From positions 68,763-132,762 of the forward strand of contig CAISWQ010000038.1 in assembly GCA_903889245.1 (NCBI GenBank): a DNA stretch of 64,000 nucleotides, in the 5' to 3' direction. Below are positions 19,037 to 28,565 of this stretch, in pieces (positions within the stretch are counted from its first letter, which is position 1; every line of letters starts with the position of its first letter). A program made the translations under genes and the position numbers. Origin of the DNA: an uncultured Lentisphaerota bacterium. GTDB taxonomy: Bacteria > Verrucomicrobiota > Kiritimatiellia > CAIQIC01. A model generated the notes under the pieces. The model was not told the DNA's origin. It did not search any database and saw only the letters and a program-made list of their open reading frames with translations.

Positions 19037-20512
19037 ATGAATTCCCGTCGTGATTTTCTGAAACTCGCCGGCCTCGGCGCGGTCGGCGCCGCGCTTTTTC
19101 CAAGGGTTGGAAAAAGTGCGGCCCCGGTTTTCCAGGGCTTGGAAAAAGGCAAGCGCCCGAGCGTGTTGTTCCTCATCGTGGACGACATGACGACGACGCT
19201 CGGCTGCTACGGCGACCGTGACGCGCGTACGCCGCACATGGATGCGCTCGCCGCGCGCGGCGTCCGCTTCGACCGCGCCTACACGCAATTCTCGCTCTGC
19301 AATCCCTCGCGCTGCTCGTTCCTCACCGGCTGCTACCCGGAGCGCACGAAGGTGTTCGATCTCGTCACGAGTTTGCGCGTGGCGCTGCCGGACGAGGTGA
19401 CGCTGCCGCAGCACTTCAAGAACGCCGGCTACACCGCCGGCCGCATCGGCAAGGTCTTCCACGTGCCCGATCCGAAGACCAAGCCCGATGTCACGCTGGG
19501 GGTGGCACTGCACAAGGATCAGGCGATCCTCGACGAGGCCAAGCTCGCCGAGCGCAGCGAGGGCGACCTTTCCGATCCGCCGCACAAGTCGGGGCGGGAA
19601 GGCAATCAATACAACCGTTGCTATGCGCCGTCACCGCATCCCGACAAGGATTTCACCGACTACCAGATCGCCGAGGAGGCGCTCGCGACGCTGGAGCAGT
19701 TCAAGGACAAGCCGTTCTTCCTCGCGGTCGGTTTCATCCGTCCGCACACGCCCTACGTGGCGCCGCGCCGGTTCTTCGACGCCATTGATCCAACGAAGAT
19801 CGCCATGCCCGCCTTCTATCAGTCCGGCGGCGAGGATCGCGCGAAAATTCCGAACCCCGCGCTGCGGCCGAACAACAATGTCTTCAGGTTCGCCGCGCCG
19901 TCGCCCAAGGAAGCGCGCGAGGCGCGTCGCGCCTATCACGCTTCGACCGCGTGGGTGGATTCCCAGGTCGGCCGCGTGCTCGCCAAGCTCAAGGAGCTGA
20001 AACTCGACGAGAACACCTACGTGCTGCTCACCGGCGACCACGGCTACCAGCTTGGCGAGCACGGCCTGTGGGCGAAGCAGACGCTGTTCGAGGAGGGCAC
20101 GCACGTGCCGCTGCTCGTCGCCGGGCCCGGCATCAAGCCCGGCACCTGTACGGGCCTCGTCGAGCAGGTGGATATTTTCCCGACGCTCGCCGCGCTCGCG
20201 GGGCTAGACATCCCGAAGAGCGTGCAAGGCATGTCGTTGAAGGAGCAGATCGCTGACCCAACCAAGGCGGGCAAGCCGGCGGTCTTCAGCACGATGGTCT
20301 CGACGCACACCAAGCTGATGGGACGCAGCGTGCGCGACGAACGCTTCCGTTACATCGAGTGGGATGAGGGCCGCGCCGGCCGCCAGCTCTATGACCACGA
20401 GGGCGATCCTCACGAGTTGACCAACCTGGCCGATCTGCCGCAACATGCCGCGCGTGTCGGGCAGATGCACGCCCTGCTGGCGCAGCACCTTGAAAAAGTA
20501 AGGAGCAAGTGA
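19037..20512 (+). CDS. Tat-exported sulfatase (iduronate-2-sulfatase-like)
   Basis: SRRDFLK; LFLIVDD, CNPSRCSFLTG, GKVFH, GFIRPHTPY, GDHGYQLGEH. Confidence 0.95.
   Translation: MNSRRDFLKLAGLGAVGAALFPRVGKSAAPVFQGLEKGKRPSVLFLIVDDMTTTLGCYGDRDARTPHMDALAARGVRFDRAYTQFSLCNPSRCSFLTGCYPERTKVFDLVTSLRVALPDEVTLPQHFKNAGYTAGRIGKVFHVPDPKTKPDVTLGVALHKDQAILDEAKLAERSEGDLSDPPHKSGREGNQYNRCYAPSPHPDKDFTDYQIAEEALATLEQFKDKPFFLAVGFIRPHTPYVAPRRFFDAIDPTKIAMPAFYQSGGEDRAKIPNPALRPNNNVFRFAAPSPKEAREARRAYHASTAWVDSQVGRVLAKLKELKLDENTYVLLTGDHGYQLGEHGLWAKQTLFEEGTHVPLLVAGPGIKPGTCTGLVEQVDIFPTLAALAGLDIPKSVQGMSLKEQIADPTKAGKPAVFSTMVSTHTKLMGRSVRDERFRYIEWDEGRAGRQLYDHEGDPHELTNLADLPQHAARVGQMHALLAQHLEKVRSK
19095..19147. repeat. TTCCAA-N3-TTGGAA doublet encoded in a Tat signal/linker
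   Basis: Cores at 19098 and 19130 (32 bp apart); translates FPRVGKSAAPVFQGLEK. Confidence 0.92.
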
Positions 20513-20514
20513 CC

Positions 20515-22188
20515 ATGAAGAAGATCATCCTGTCGGTGTTCGTATTCAGTCTCGCCTGCGGCGCCGCGCCGCTGAAGGTCGTCAACGGCGACTTCAGCGA
20601 TCTCGCCGGGCTGACGCAGAAGAGCGATGGCTGGTATGCCGGCCTGCCGAAGGGCTGGACCGGTTCCGAGGGCAGCTATGCCCTCCACACCAAGCGCGGC
20701 GCGACCGCGCCGACGTGCAATCCCTCCACGCTGGGCTTCTTCCGCCAGCAGGTCGGCGTGCTCGAGGCGGCGTCGGACGTCACGCTGACGTTCGATGTTT
20801 CCGATCCTTGGAAACCGGACGTGCTGCTCAACGCCGCGATTCTCGACGGGGACTTGATGGAATTGGCCACCGGCGATTTCAAGGTCGGCACAAAGCAGCA
20901 GCTTGTGGCGCGCGGCGTCCCCGCCGGCACGACGATCATCATCGGTTATCAAGCCGCGAAGTCCACGCCGGGGCTCGACAACGTTTCCGTCGCGGTGCAG
21001 CCGGCGACGGCCGCGCCCGCCGGCGTGGCGGCGAAGGCGAACGCGAAGATCACCGTCGCGAGCTACTACTTCGGCAACTACCATCTGGGCGATCCGCGCA
21101 ACGTGAAAATGAAAGGCAGGGATTGGTGCGAGTGGGAGCTGGTCAAGGCCGCCAAGCCGCGCTTCCCCGGCCACCACCAGCCGAACGTGCCGCTCTGGGG
21201 CTACACCGATGAGTCGGACCCGAAGGCGATGGAGCAGAAGATCGCCGCCGCCGCCGACCACGGCATCGAGGCGTTTATCTTCGACTGGTATTACTACGAT
21301 GACGGCCCGTTCCTCGACCGGCCAATCGATATCGGTTTCCTCAAGGCCGCGAACAACAGCCGCCTCAAGTTCTCCTTCATGTGGGCAAATCACGACTGGA
21401 TCGAGCTGCATCCCTACACGAAGGGCGCACCGCGCAAGGTGCTGTTCCCCGGCAAGGTTTCGCCGGAGAGCTTCGAGAAAATCTGCGCGCACGTCATCAA
21501 CGACTACTTCAAGCATCCGTCCTACTGGAAGATCGAGGGCCAGCCCTACTTCTCGTTCTATGACCTGACCCGGCTGCTGGAGAATTTCGGCTCGGTGGAG
21601 GCGGCGCGCGCCGCGCTGGATAAATTCCGCGCGGCGGTCAAGGCCGCCGGCTTCCCCGGCTTGCACCTCAACGCCGTGGCGTGGGGCCAGCCGATTTTGC
21701 CCAACGAGAAAGTGCCGGTGGATTCCGCCAAGCTCGTGCGCGACCTCGGCTTCGATTCCGTCACCTCCTACGTCTGGATTCATCACGTGCCGCTGCCGCA
21801 GCAGGCGACCGACTACAACCTCGTCCGCGACGGATACTTCAAATATTGGAACAGTGCGGTGAAAAAATTCGGCCTGCCATTCTTCCCGAACGTGACGATG
21901 GGGTGGGATCCCAGCCCGCGCTGCGATCAGCGCGACAAGTTCGACGCGTCCGGCTACCCGTTTACCAACACCATCGGCGGCAACACGCCGGAGCGGTTCA
22001 AGGAAGCGCTCGCGATGACCAAGCGTCGCCTGCTCGCGCAACCGGAGTCCGCCGGCCCGCGCATCCTGAATATCAACTGCTGGAACGAATGGACCGAGGG
22101 TAGTTACCTTGAGCCCGACCAGCGCAACGGAATGAAATATCTTGAGGCCGTCCGCGACGTCTTCGGCGTCCACGCGGCGGCCCCGTGA
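20515..22188 (+). CDS. WbsX/GH99-like glycoside hydrolase with an N-terminal beta-sandwich module
   Basis: EWELVKAAKPRFPGHHQP, FIFDWYYY, MWANHDW, GWDPSPR, INCWNEWTEGSYLEPD. Confidence 0.85.
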   Translation: MKKIILSVFVFSLACGAAPLKVVNGDFSDLAGLTQKSDGWYAGLPKGWTGSEGSYALHTKRGATAPTCNPSTLGFFRQQVGVLEAASDVTLTFDVSDPWKPDVLLNAAILDGDLMELATGDFKVGTKQQLVARGVPAGTTIIIGYQAAKSTPGLDNVSVAVQPATAAPAGVAAKANAKITVASYYFGNYHLGDPRNVKMKGRDWCEWELVKAAKPRFPGHHQPNVPLWGYTDESDPKAMEQKIAAAADHGIEAFIFDWYYYDDGPFLDRPIDIGFLKAANNSRLKFSFMWANHDWIELHPYTKGAPRKVLFPGKVSPESFEKICAHVINDYFKHPSYWKIEGQPYFSFYDLTRLLENFGSVEAARAALDKFRAAVKAAGFPGLHLNAVAWGQPILPNEKVPVDSAKLVRDLGFDSVTSYVWIHHVPLPQQATDYNLVRDGYFKYWNSAVKKFGLPFFPNVTMGWDPSPRCDQRDKFDASGYPFTNTIGGNTPERFKEALAMTKRRLLAQPESAGPRILNINCWNEWTEGSYLEPDQRNGMKYLEAVRDVFGVHAAAP

Positions 22189-22217
22189 AGACCCCTCATC
22201 ATCAGGAGAATCAAACC

Positions 22218-23429
22218 ATGAAATACATGACCGGAATCGTCGCCATGCTGTTGCTCGTCGCCGGCCCGCTGCGCGCGCAAACCGCCGCTGCGCCGCAAAA
22301 GATCTATGACATCGCCGCGTTCGTCTGGCCGTCCTATCACCCGGACGACCGCGCCAAGATTTTCTGGCCCGACGGCATCGGCGAGTGGCAGACGGTGCTC
22401 CACAACCAGCCCAAGTTCGAGGGCCATGACCAACCACGCTTCCCGCTCTGGGGGCCGGTCAACGAGGCCGACCGCTACGTCATGGAGATGCAGATCGCCG
22501 CCGCTGCCGACCACGGCGTCAACGTCTTCATCTACGACTGGTATTGGTATGACCGGATGCCGTTCCTCGAGGGCTGCCTCAACGACGGCTTCCTCAAGGC
22601 GGGCAACAACCACCGGATGAAGTTCTACCTCATGTGGGCCAACCACGACGTGGGCCTCAACTGGGACAAGCGCAACGCCGATGACGCCTTCACCAAAAAG
22701 AACAAGGCGCTGGTCTGGAAGGGCAGCCTCGACCGCGCCGAGTTCGAGAAGATCGCGCACCGCTGGATCGAGAAATATTTCTCCCAGCCCACCTACTACA
22801 AGATCAACGGCAAGCCCGTCTTCATGCTCTACGACCTCAACAAATTCATCGAAGGCCTCGGCGGCGTTGAGCAGGCGAAGGACGCCCTCGCCTGGTTCCG
22901 CGCCGAGGTGCAGAAGGCCGGCTTCCCCGGGCTGGAGTTGCAGCTCTCCATGCGCCGCGACAACAAGAAGAACCTCTCCGGCGTGGCCGGCGACAACATC
23001 GGCACGCAGAAGGACCTTGTGGAGAAGCTCGGCTTCGACTCGCTCACGCACTACCAGTTCTGCCATTGCGTGGATGTGAACCGCGACTACAACGCCATCA
23101 TGAAGGACGTGGTGCCGCTCTGGAACGAAATCGCCGCCGGCTACAAGGCCAGGTATTACGCGCACGTCTCCGTCGGCTGGGACAGCAGCCCGCGGTCCTA
23201 CCACGTCAAGGGCGCGATCGTGAAGAACAACACGCCCGACAACTTCGAGCAGGCGCTGCGCGCGGCCAAGGCCTATGTGGATGCGCACCCCGGCCAGGCG
23301 CCGCTCATCACCATCAATAGTTGGAACGAGTGGACCGAGACCAGCTACCTCGAGCCCGACACCAAGTATGGCTACGGCTATCTCGAGGCCGTGCGTAATG
23401 TCTTCGGCGGTGCACCCGCCACGAAGTGA
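22218..23429 (+). CDS. WbsX/GH99-like glycoside hydrolase (paralog of the upstream gene)
   Basis: RBS AGGAG; FIYDWYWY, MWANHD, GWDSSPR, INSWNEWTETSYLEPD. Confidence 0.85.
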   Translation: MKYMTGIVAMLLLVAGPLRAQTAAAPQKIYDIAAFVWPSYHPDDRAKIFWPDGIGEWQTVLHNQPKFEGHDQPRFPLWGPVNEADRYVMEMQIAAAADHGVNVFIYDWYWYDRMPFLEGCLNDGFLKAGNNHRMKFYLMWANHDVGLNWDKRNADDAFTKKNKALVWKGSLDRAEFEKIAHRWIEKYFSQPTYYKINGKPVFMLYDLNKFIEGLGGVEQAKDALAWFRAEVQKAGFPGLELQLSMRRDNKKNLSGVAGDNIGTQKDLVEKLGFDSLTHYQFCHCVDVNRDYNAIMKDVVPLWNEIAAGYKARYYAHVSVGWDSSPRSYHVKGAIVKNNTPDNFEQALRAAKAYVDAHPGQAPLITINSWNEWTETSYLEPDTKYGYGYLEAVRNVFGGAPATK

Positions 23430-23442
23430 AACCGGACCGACC

Positions 23443-26292
23443 ATGAAAAAAATCCTGCTGCTGCTGGCGTGCCTCGGCACGCTCTCCGGGACGGCGCTGG
23501 CCGCCGCCCGCCCGGACATCCTGCTGATCGTTGCCGATGATCTCGGTTACGGCGACATGAGCGCCTACGGGTGCAAGGAGTTCGCGACGCCGCATCTCGA
23601 CCGCCTCGCCGCGCAGGGGCTGCGCTTCTCCAGTGGCTACGTGGCCGCGCCCGTGTGCGGGCCGTCGCGCGCGGGCCTGCTCACGGGCCGTCATCCGAGT
23701 CGCATTCCGTTCCATGGAAACCCCGCGCCTGGCTCGGAGTCCGGCCTGCCGCTGGAACACAAGACGATGGCGGATCATCTAAAGGCCGCAGGCTATCGCA
23801 CGGCAGCGCTCGGCAAATGGCACCTCGGTGAGACGCCGCAGCATCACCCGATGTCGCGCGGGTTCGACGAGTTCTTCGGCTTCCTCTCCGGGATGCACAG
23901 CTATTTCAAAGCCGAGGACGCCGCGTGGGGACCGGTGTTGCGCGGACGCGAAAAGGCGGAGCTGAAGCAGTACCTGACGTTCGCGCTGGCCGACGAGGCG
24001 TGCGCGTTCATTCGCCGGCAAAAGGCCGATCCGTTTTTCCTCTACCTTGCCTTCAACGCGCCGCACGTGCCACTGGAGGCGCCGGACAATTATCTCGCGA
24101 AGACGCAGCACCTCGCCGACCCGCGCCGGAAAATTTGCGCGGCGATGATCCTCGCGCTCGATGACGCCATCGGTCGCGTGCTCGCCGCACTGCGCGAGAG
24201 CGGGCGCGCGGAGAACACGCTCGTCGTTTTTCTTAGCGATAACGGCGCGGCGCTGATTCCCGGCTCCGCCGAGAACGGAGGCAGCAATGCGCCGCTGCGC
24301 GGCTCGAAGGCGCAGCTCTGGGAAGGCGGCGTGCGCGTGCCGTTCTGTATCCAGTGGCCCGGCCACATCAAGGCTGGCGGCGTCAGCGACACGCCGGTCA
24401 GCTCGCTCGACCTGCTGCCGACGTTCCTCGCCGCGGCCCAAAGTGGTCATCTCGCTCCGCGTGATGTGATCTTCGATGGCGTCAACCTGCTCCCCTGGCT
24501 CGAAGGCAAAGCCGAGCCGCCGGTGCGCGAGCATCTCTTCTGGAAATTCGGCGCGCGCCAGATGGCCATTCGCGGCGCCGAGGTGAAACTCGTACAGGTG
24601 GACGCGGACAAAGGTTTGTTCAATCTTCGTCAGGACATCGCCGAAACCAAGGATATCACGGCGAAACGGCCGGTGCTGGCGCGGCAACTGGAAGCTGCGT
24701 GGAAGAAATGGGACGCGGCCAATCTCGTCACCACGCGCACGCCGCGCGCGAAGCCGGCGGCGCCGCCGGTGACGTTCGTGCACAGCAATCTCCCGAACAT
24801 TGTTTTGGTTCTGGCCGATGACCTCGGCTATGGCGATGTGTCGTGTTACAACCCGCAGGCGAAATTCAAGACGCCCAACGTGGACCGGCTCGCTGCGCAG
24901 GGCACGCGCTTCACCGATGTACACACGCCCACGAGCGTCTGCACGCCGACGCGCTACGGCATTCTCACGGGCCGGCATTCGTGGCGCACGCGGCTCCAGC
25001 GCGGCGTGCTTAATGACTATGATCCGCCCCTGATTGCCCCGGATCGCCTCACGCTGCCCGCGCTGCTCGCGCAGCACGGCTACCGCACGGCCTGCGTGGG
25101 CAAGTGGCACCTCGGCTTCGACTGGAACATCGCGGAGCGCGATCTGCCGCTCTTCAAGTTCGGCTATCGCAAGGGTGCGCCGGGCGCAGCCACAGAGGCG
25201 CATCGCGCGGCGTGGCAGGCCGCGTTTTCGCAACTGCTCCGCGGCGGTCCGGTGGATCACGGCTTTCAATCCTATTTCGGCCCCGACGTGCCGAACATGC
25301 CGCCCTACGGTTTTATCCGCGACGACAAACTTATCACGGTGCCCACGGTGCTGAAACAGGCGGGCGATGTCTCCGACACCGGCAACAAGACCACCACCGG
25401 CCCGGCGGGGCCGATGGTCGCGGGCTATCAGTTCGATCAGATCATGCCATCGCTCGTGCGCGAGGCCGAGGCGGTGATCGCGCGCCACGCCGCCGCCAAG
25501 CAGCCGTTCTTCCTCTACTTCCCGCTGACCGCGCCGCATTTCCCGGTGGTGCCTTCGGCGGACTTCATGGGGAAGAGCGGGGTCTGTCCGCTCGCCGACT
25601 TTATCCTCGAGACCGATGCCGCACTTGGCAGCGTCATGGCCGCGCTGGAGAAGAATGGCGTGGCTGATAACACCCTGCTGATTTTCACCAGCGACAACGG
25701 GCCCGCCCACAACAGCCGTGCGCCACTCGAACAGGCTGGCCACAACGGCAGCGGCCCGTTGCGCGGCTCGAAGGCCTCGATCTATGAGGGTGGCCACCGC
25801 GTCCCGTTTGTCGCGCGCTGGCCCGGCCACACGCCCGTCGGGGCCGTCTCCGCTGAACTTATCTGCCAGACCACGTTCATGGCGACGTGCGCCGAATTGC
25901 TCGGCGCGAAGCTGCCGGACGCAGCCGCCGAGGACAGCTACAGCATCCTCCCGCTGTTGCGCGGCGCGCAGCCGGCACAACCGACGCATCCCGCCGTGAT
26001 TCATAATCCCGGCGCGCGTCTGTTCGCCATCCGGCAAGGTCCGCTGAAGCAGATCGTGATGCCGGATGGCAAGGATGAACTCTATGACCTCGCCAGCGAC
26101 CTCGGCGAAACGAAGAACGTGATCGCCGAGCATCGCGAGAAGGCCGCGGAACTCACCGCGCTGCTCAAGCGCTGGCTCGAATCCGGACGCAGCACGCCCG
26201 GAGCGCCGCAACAAAACGACGTGCCAGTGGCGCTGCGCGATCCCACCGCGCCGGTCAACGACCGCGCACAATCCCTCCGGTCCGCCCCATGA
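23443..26292 (+). CDS. Tandem two-domain sulfatase (two complete S1 domains)
   Basis: Domain 1: PDILLIVADDLGYGD, CGPSRAGLLTG, SDNG. Domain 2: PNIVLVLADDLGYGD, CTPTRYGILTG, SDNG. One continuous frame. Confidence 0.92.
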   Translation: MKKILLLLACLGTLSGTALAAARPDILLIVADDLGYGDMSAYGCKEFATPHLDRLAAQGLRFSSGYVAAPVCGPSRAGLLTGRHPSRIPFHGNPAPGSESGLPLEHKTMADHLKAAGYRTAALGKWHLGETPQHHPMSRGFDEFFGFLSGMHSYFKAEDAAWGPVLRGREKAELKQYLTFALADEACAFIRRQKADPFFLYLAFNAPHVPLEAPDNYLAKTQHLADPRRKICAAMILALDDAIGRVLAALRESGRAENTLVVFLSDNGAALIPGSAENGGSNAPLRGSKAQLWEGGVRVPFCIQWPGHIKAGGVSDTPVSSLDLLPTFLAAAQSGHLAPRDVIFDGVNLLPWLEGKAEPPVREHLFWKFGARQMAIRGAEVKLVQVDADKGLFNLRQDIAETKDITAKRPVLARQLEAAWKKWDAANLVTTRTPRAKPAAPPVTFVHSNLPNIVLVLADDLGYGDVSCYNPQAKFKTPNVDRLAAQGTRFTDVHTPTSVCTPTRYGILTGRHSWRTRLQRGVLNDYDPPLIAPDRLTLPALLAQHGYRTACVGKWHLGFDWNIAERDLPLFKFGYRKGAPGAATEAHRAAWQAAFSQLLRGGPVDHGFQSYFGPDVPNMPPYGFIRDDKLITVPTVLKQAGDVSDTGNKTTTGPAGPMVAGYQFDQIMPSLVREAEAVIARHAAAKQPFFLYFPLTAPHFPVVPSADFMGKSGVCPLADFILETDAALGSVMAALEKNGVADNTLLIFTSDNGPAHNSRAPLEQAGHNGSGPLRGSKASIYEGGHRVPFVARWPGHTPVGAVSAELICQTTFMATCAELLGAKLPDAAAEDSYSILPLLRGAQPAQPTHPAVIHNPGARLFAIRQGPLKQIVMPDGKDELYDLASDLGETKNVIAEHREKAAELTALLKRWLESGRSTPGAPQQNDVPVALRDPTAPVNDRAQSLRSAP

Positions 26293-28565
26293 AACTGCAC
26301 GCGGCCATCGCCATCGCGTCGCTGCTCGCGCTCAGCGGTGCATCTGCGGATTTCTGCGTGCAAGACTTCGGTGCAAAAGGCGATGGCTTCACCGATGACG
26401 GCCCGGCGGTTCAAAGAACAGTTGCTGCCGCCGTGTCAGCGCGCAAGCCATCGCGGATCGTTTTCGCGCCGGGGAAAACGTACCGGCTGCTTACTCCTCG
26501 GTCGGTCAAAATGCACGACGCTAGACTGCTTGAGCTTCAGAACGTGAACGACCTCACCATTGATGGCGGCGGTAGCCTTTTTCTCCTCCATCCAGATGTG
26601 CAATTTCTACAGGCATCAAATTGTCAGCGGCTCGTTGTCTCGAATTTGGGAATTGATTTCTCACCGCTGCCGTTTGTGCCCGGCGTGATCACTGCGGTGG
26701 ACAAGTCCACGCACGCGGTTGATGTCGAGATACTGCCGGGTTTTGATTTGCCCGCCGCGGACGGCCGGAAGACGCAGCGACATCCTCCGTTCTTCGGCTG
26801 GTTGCATCCGTCGGAAATAAATTCGCCATCAGCCCGCTACCACTATTACGTAGAGAAGATCACCGAAACCGGCAGCCCGCTCCAGCGAAGGGTTCGGTTG
26901 TTTGCCCAAGAAGAGTCGTTCGGAAAATTCGAGGGTGCCGGCATCGCGGTGGGCACAAAAATATCTGTTCCGATTCCCGGTGCGGCGCATGCGGAACGGG
27001 GACTTGTGGGCATCACCGATTGCGCCGAAGTCACCCTCGCGAATTGGTCGGTGTGGGCGGCACCCTATTTCACCTTCTCGCTGGCCAGAAACAGCGGCAC
27101 CATCCTTGTGACAAATGTGACGCTCGCGCCGAAGCCGGGCACCGGGCGGATGATGTCGTCGGGTCGCGACGGCTTTCACTGCAAAGGGAATCGCGGCCAG
27201 ATGATCTTCGATGGTTGCACGGTGTGCGGACTCGGCGACGACAGTTTCAATATCTCGTCCATGACCGCGGGACTTCACCGTCAGGAATCCGCAAGCACCA
27301 TCGTCGCCCTTCGGCGATTCTGGCCGTCAGCGGGATATCCCGATTTCTCACCGGGCGACCTGCTCTCGTTCTTCGACCCGGCTGGGAAGAGTATCATCTT
27401 CTCTGCGCGCGCTACCGCTGTGGAGTTATTCGAGGAAAAGTCGCTGAAGCTCGTGCGGCTATCGTTCACGAATATGTTGCCTGCGCTGCCGGCCAATTGC
27501 CTGATCTACAACATGGCCATTGCAGCCCCCGGCACGATCATCCGCAATTCGCACATCACGGGAAGCTGCCGGATGCGCGCCCCGCTGCTCATCGAACATT
27601 CAATGTTCACCGGTTTCAACTGGTACTACGGCGACGACATCGAAGGGCCGTTCCCCCGGCGTGTGATGATCCGCCAGTCGCATTTTGTGAATGGCGACAC
27701 GCAGAACAATCGCGGTGATACGCTCCTCTTCGCTTCACCCCGGTTTTCCGCCACGACCAAGGCGACGGAATACGATGCCGATGACATCATCCTTGAAAAC
27801 AACATCTTCGACGGCGCGGTTGTTTTCGATCACTGCCGGAATCTCGCCGTGATCGGAAACCAGTTCAACTACACCAATCGGTTCATCGCGACCGGGCTCG
27901 AAAACGCGCTGTTTCGCGACAATGCCTTCGGCGGACGCGAAATGGCCGTTCTGCCAAACTCGAAGGCACACTCTGCGCAGCTTTCGGAAAAGAAGGTCAT
28001 GGTGACCGGCTCAACACGTAACGCGGCGACGCAGTCCTTGATGAAGCCCTTCACCTTTTTCATGGGGCGCTTGAGCGGCGGAGAGCCCAGCCGCCACATT
28101 TCCGCCGTGGGCAACGGCGCTTCCGGGAAGTACGTCGGCGCGGTTTCCATGTTTGGGAAAACGGTTGAGAGCTATGAACTGATTCCGCCGGGCCATGCAT
28201 CAACGGGTGCTGATGTTGCGATTGAGGAAGACATCGCCCCGCGCTTCTCCCGCCTCACGTTCCTTGCCGCGCCAGGTGATGACGCTGCTCGTTTCGCTGT
28301 CTATGCCGTGGATTCGACAAACACCGCGCGTCGCGAGATCGCCTCCGGCGCGCTTCCCGCCGGCCAGTGGACCGAAATCGCCGTTGATCTTTCATCGGCC
28401 GCACCCGGCCGCGATGGCTGCCGGCGGATCAACATTTCGTTACCCACCGCATCGGGCAAAACATCGCCCGTTTTCATCGGCGGTATCACCGTCATTGAAG
28501 ACGGCGCGACGGCGCCGCGGCGTGATCCCGCAGCATTGGTCAAGGAGCCTGTGAAACCAATATGA
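26289..28565 (+). CDS. Right-handed beta-helix glycoside hydrolase, GH110 (alpha-galactosidase)-like
   Basis: DFGAKGDGFTDDGPAV, IDFSPLPF, RDGFHCK, GLGDDSFNI (compare the GH110 D..H / G..DD..N motifs). Confidence 0.65.
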   Translation: MKLHAAIAIASLLALSGASADFCVQDFGAKGDGFTDDGPAVQRTVAAAVSARKPSRIVFAPGKTYRLLTPRSVKMHDARLLELQNVNDLTIDGGGSLFLLHPDVQFLQASNCQRLVVSNLGIDFSPLPFVPGVITAVDKSTHAVDVEILPGFDLPAADGRKTQRHPPFFGWLHPSEINSPSARYHYYVEKITETGSPLQRRVRLFAQEESFGKFEGAGIAVGTKISVPIPGAAHAERGLVGITDCAEVTLANWSVWAAPYFTFSLARNSGTILVTNVTLAPKPGTGRMMSSGRDGFHCKGNRGQMIFDGCTVCGLGDDSFNISSMTAGLHRQESASTIVALRRFWPSAGYPDFSPGDLLSFFDPAGKSIIFSARATAVELFEEKSLKLVRLSFTNMLPALPANCLIYNMAIAAPGTIIRNSHITGSCRMRAPLLIEHSMFTGFNWYYGDDIEGPFPRRVMIRQSHFVNGDTQNNRGDTLLFASPRFSATTKATEYDADDIILENNIFDGAVVFDHCRNLAVIGNQFNYTNRFIATGLENALFRDNAFGGREMAVLPNSKAHSAQLSEKKVMVTGSTRNAATQSLMKPFTFFMGRLSGGEPSRHISAVGNGASGKYVGAVSMFGKTVESYELIPPGHASTGADVAIEEDIAPRFSRLTFLAAPGDDAARFAVYAVDSTNTARREIASGALPAGQWTEIAVDLSSAAPGRDGCRRINISLPTASGKTSPVFIGGITVIEDGATAPRRDPAALVKEPVKPI

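Noticed and set aside
20799-20813. TTCCGATCCTTGGAA inside the WbsX-like gene as an array
   Set aside because: Single one-mismatch unit with no partner at 31-32 bp; it may be a family member but could be chance, so it is not listed as a feature.
23779-26271. Long minus-strand ORFs (830 aa here; also 6245-8260, 17347-19188, 20410-22437, 46910-49150, 54515-56800)
   Set aside because: Antisense shadows of well-supported + strand genes in high-GC DNA; no recognisable motifs.
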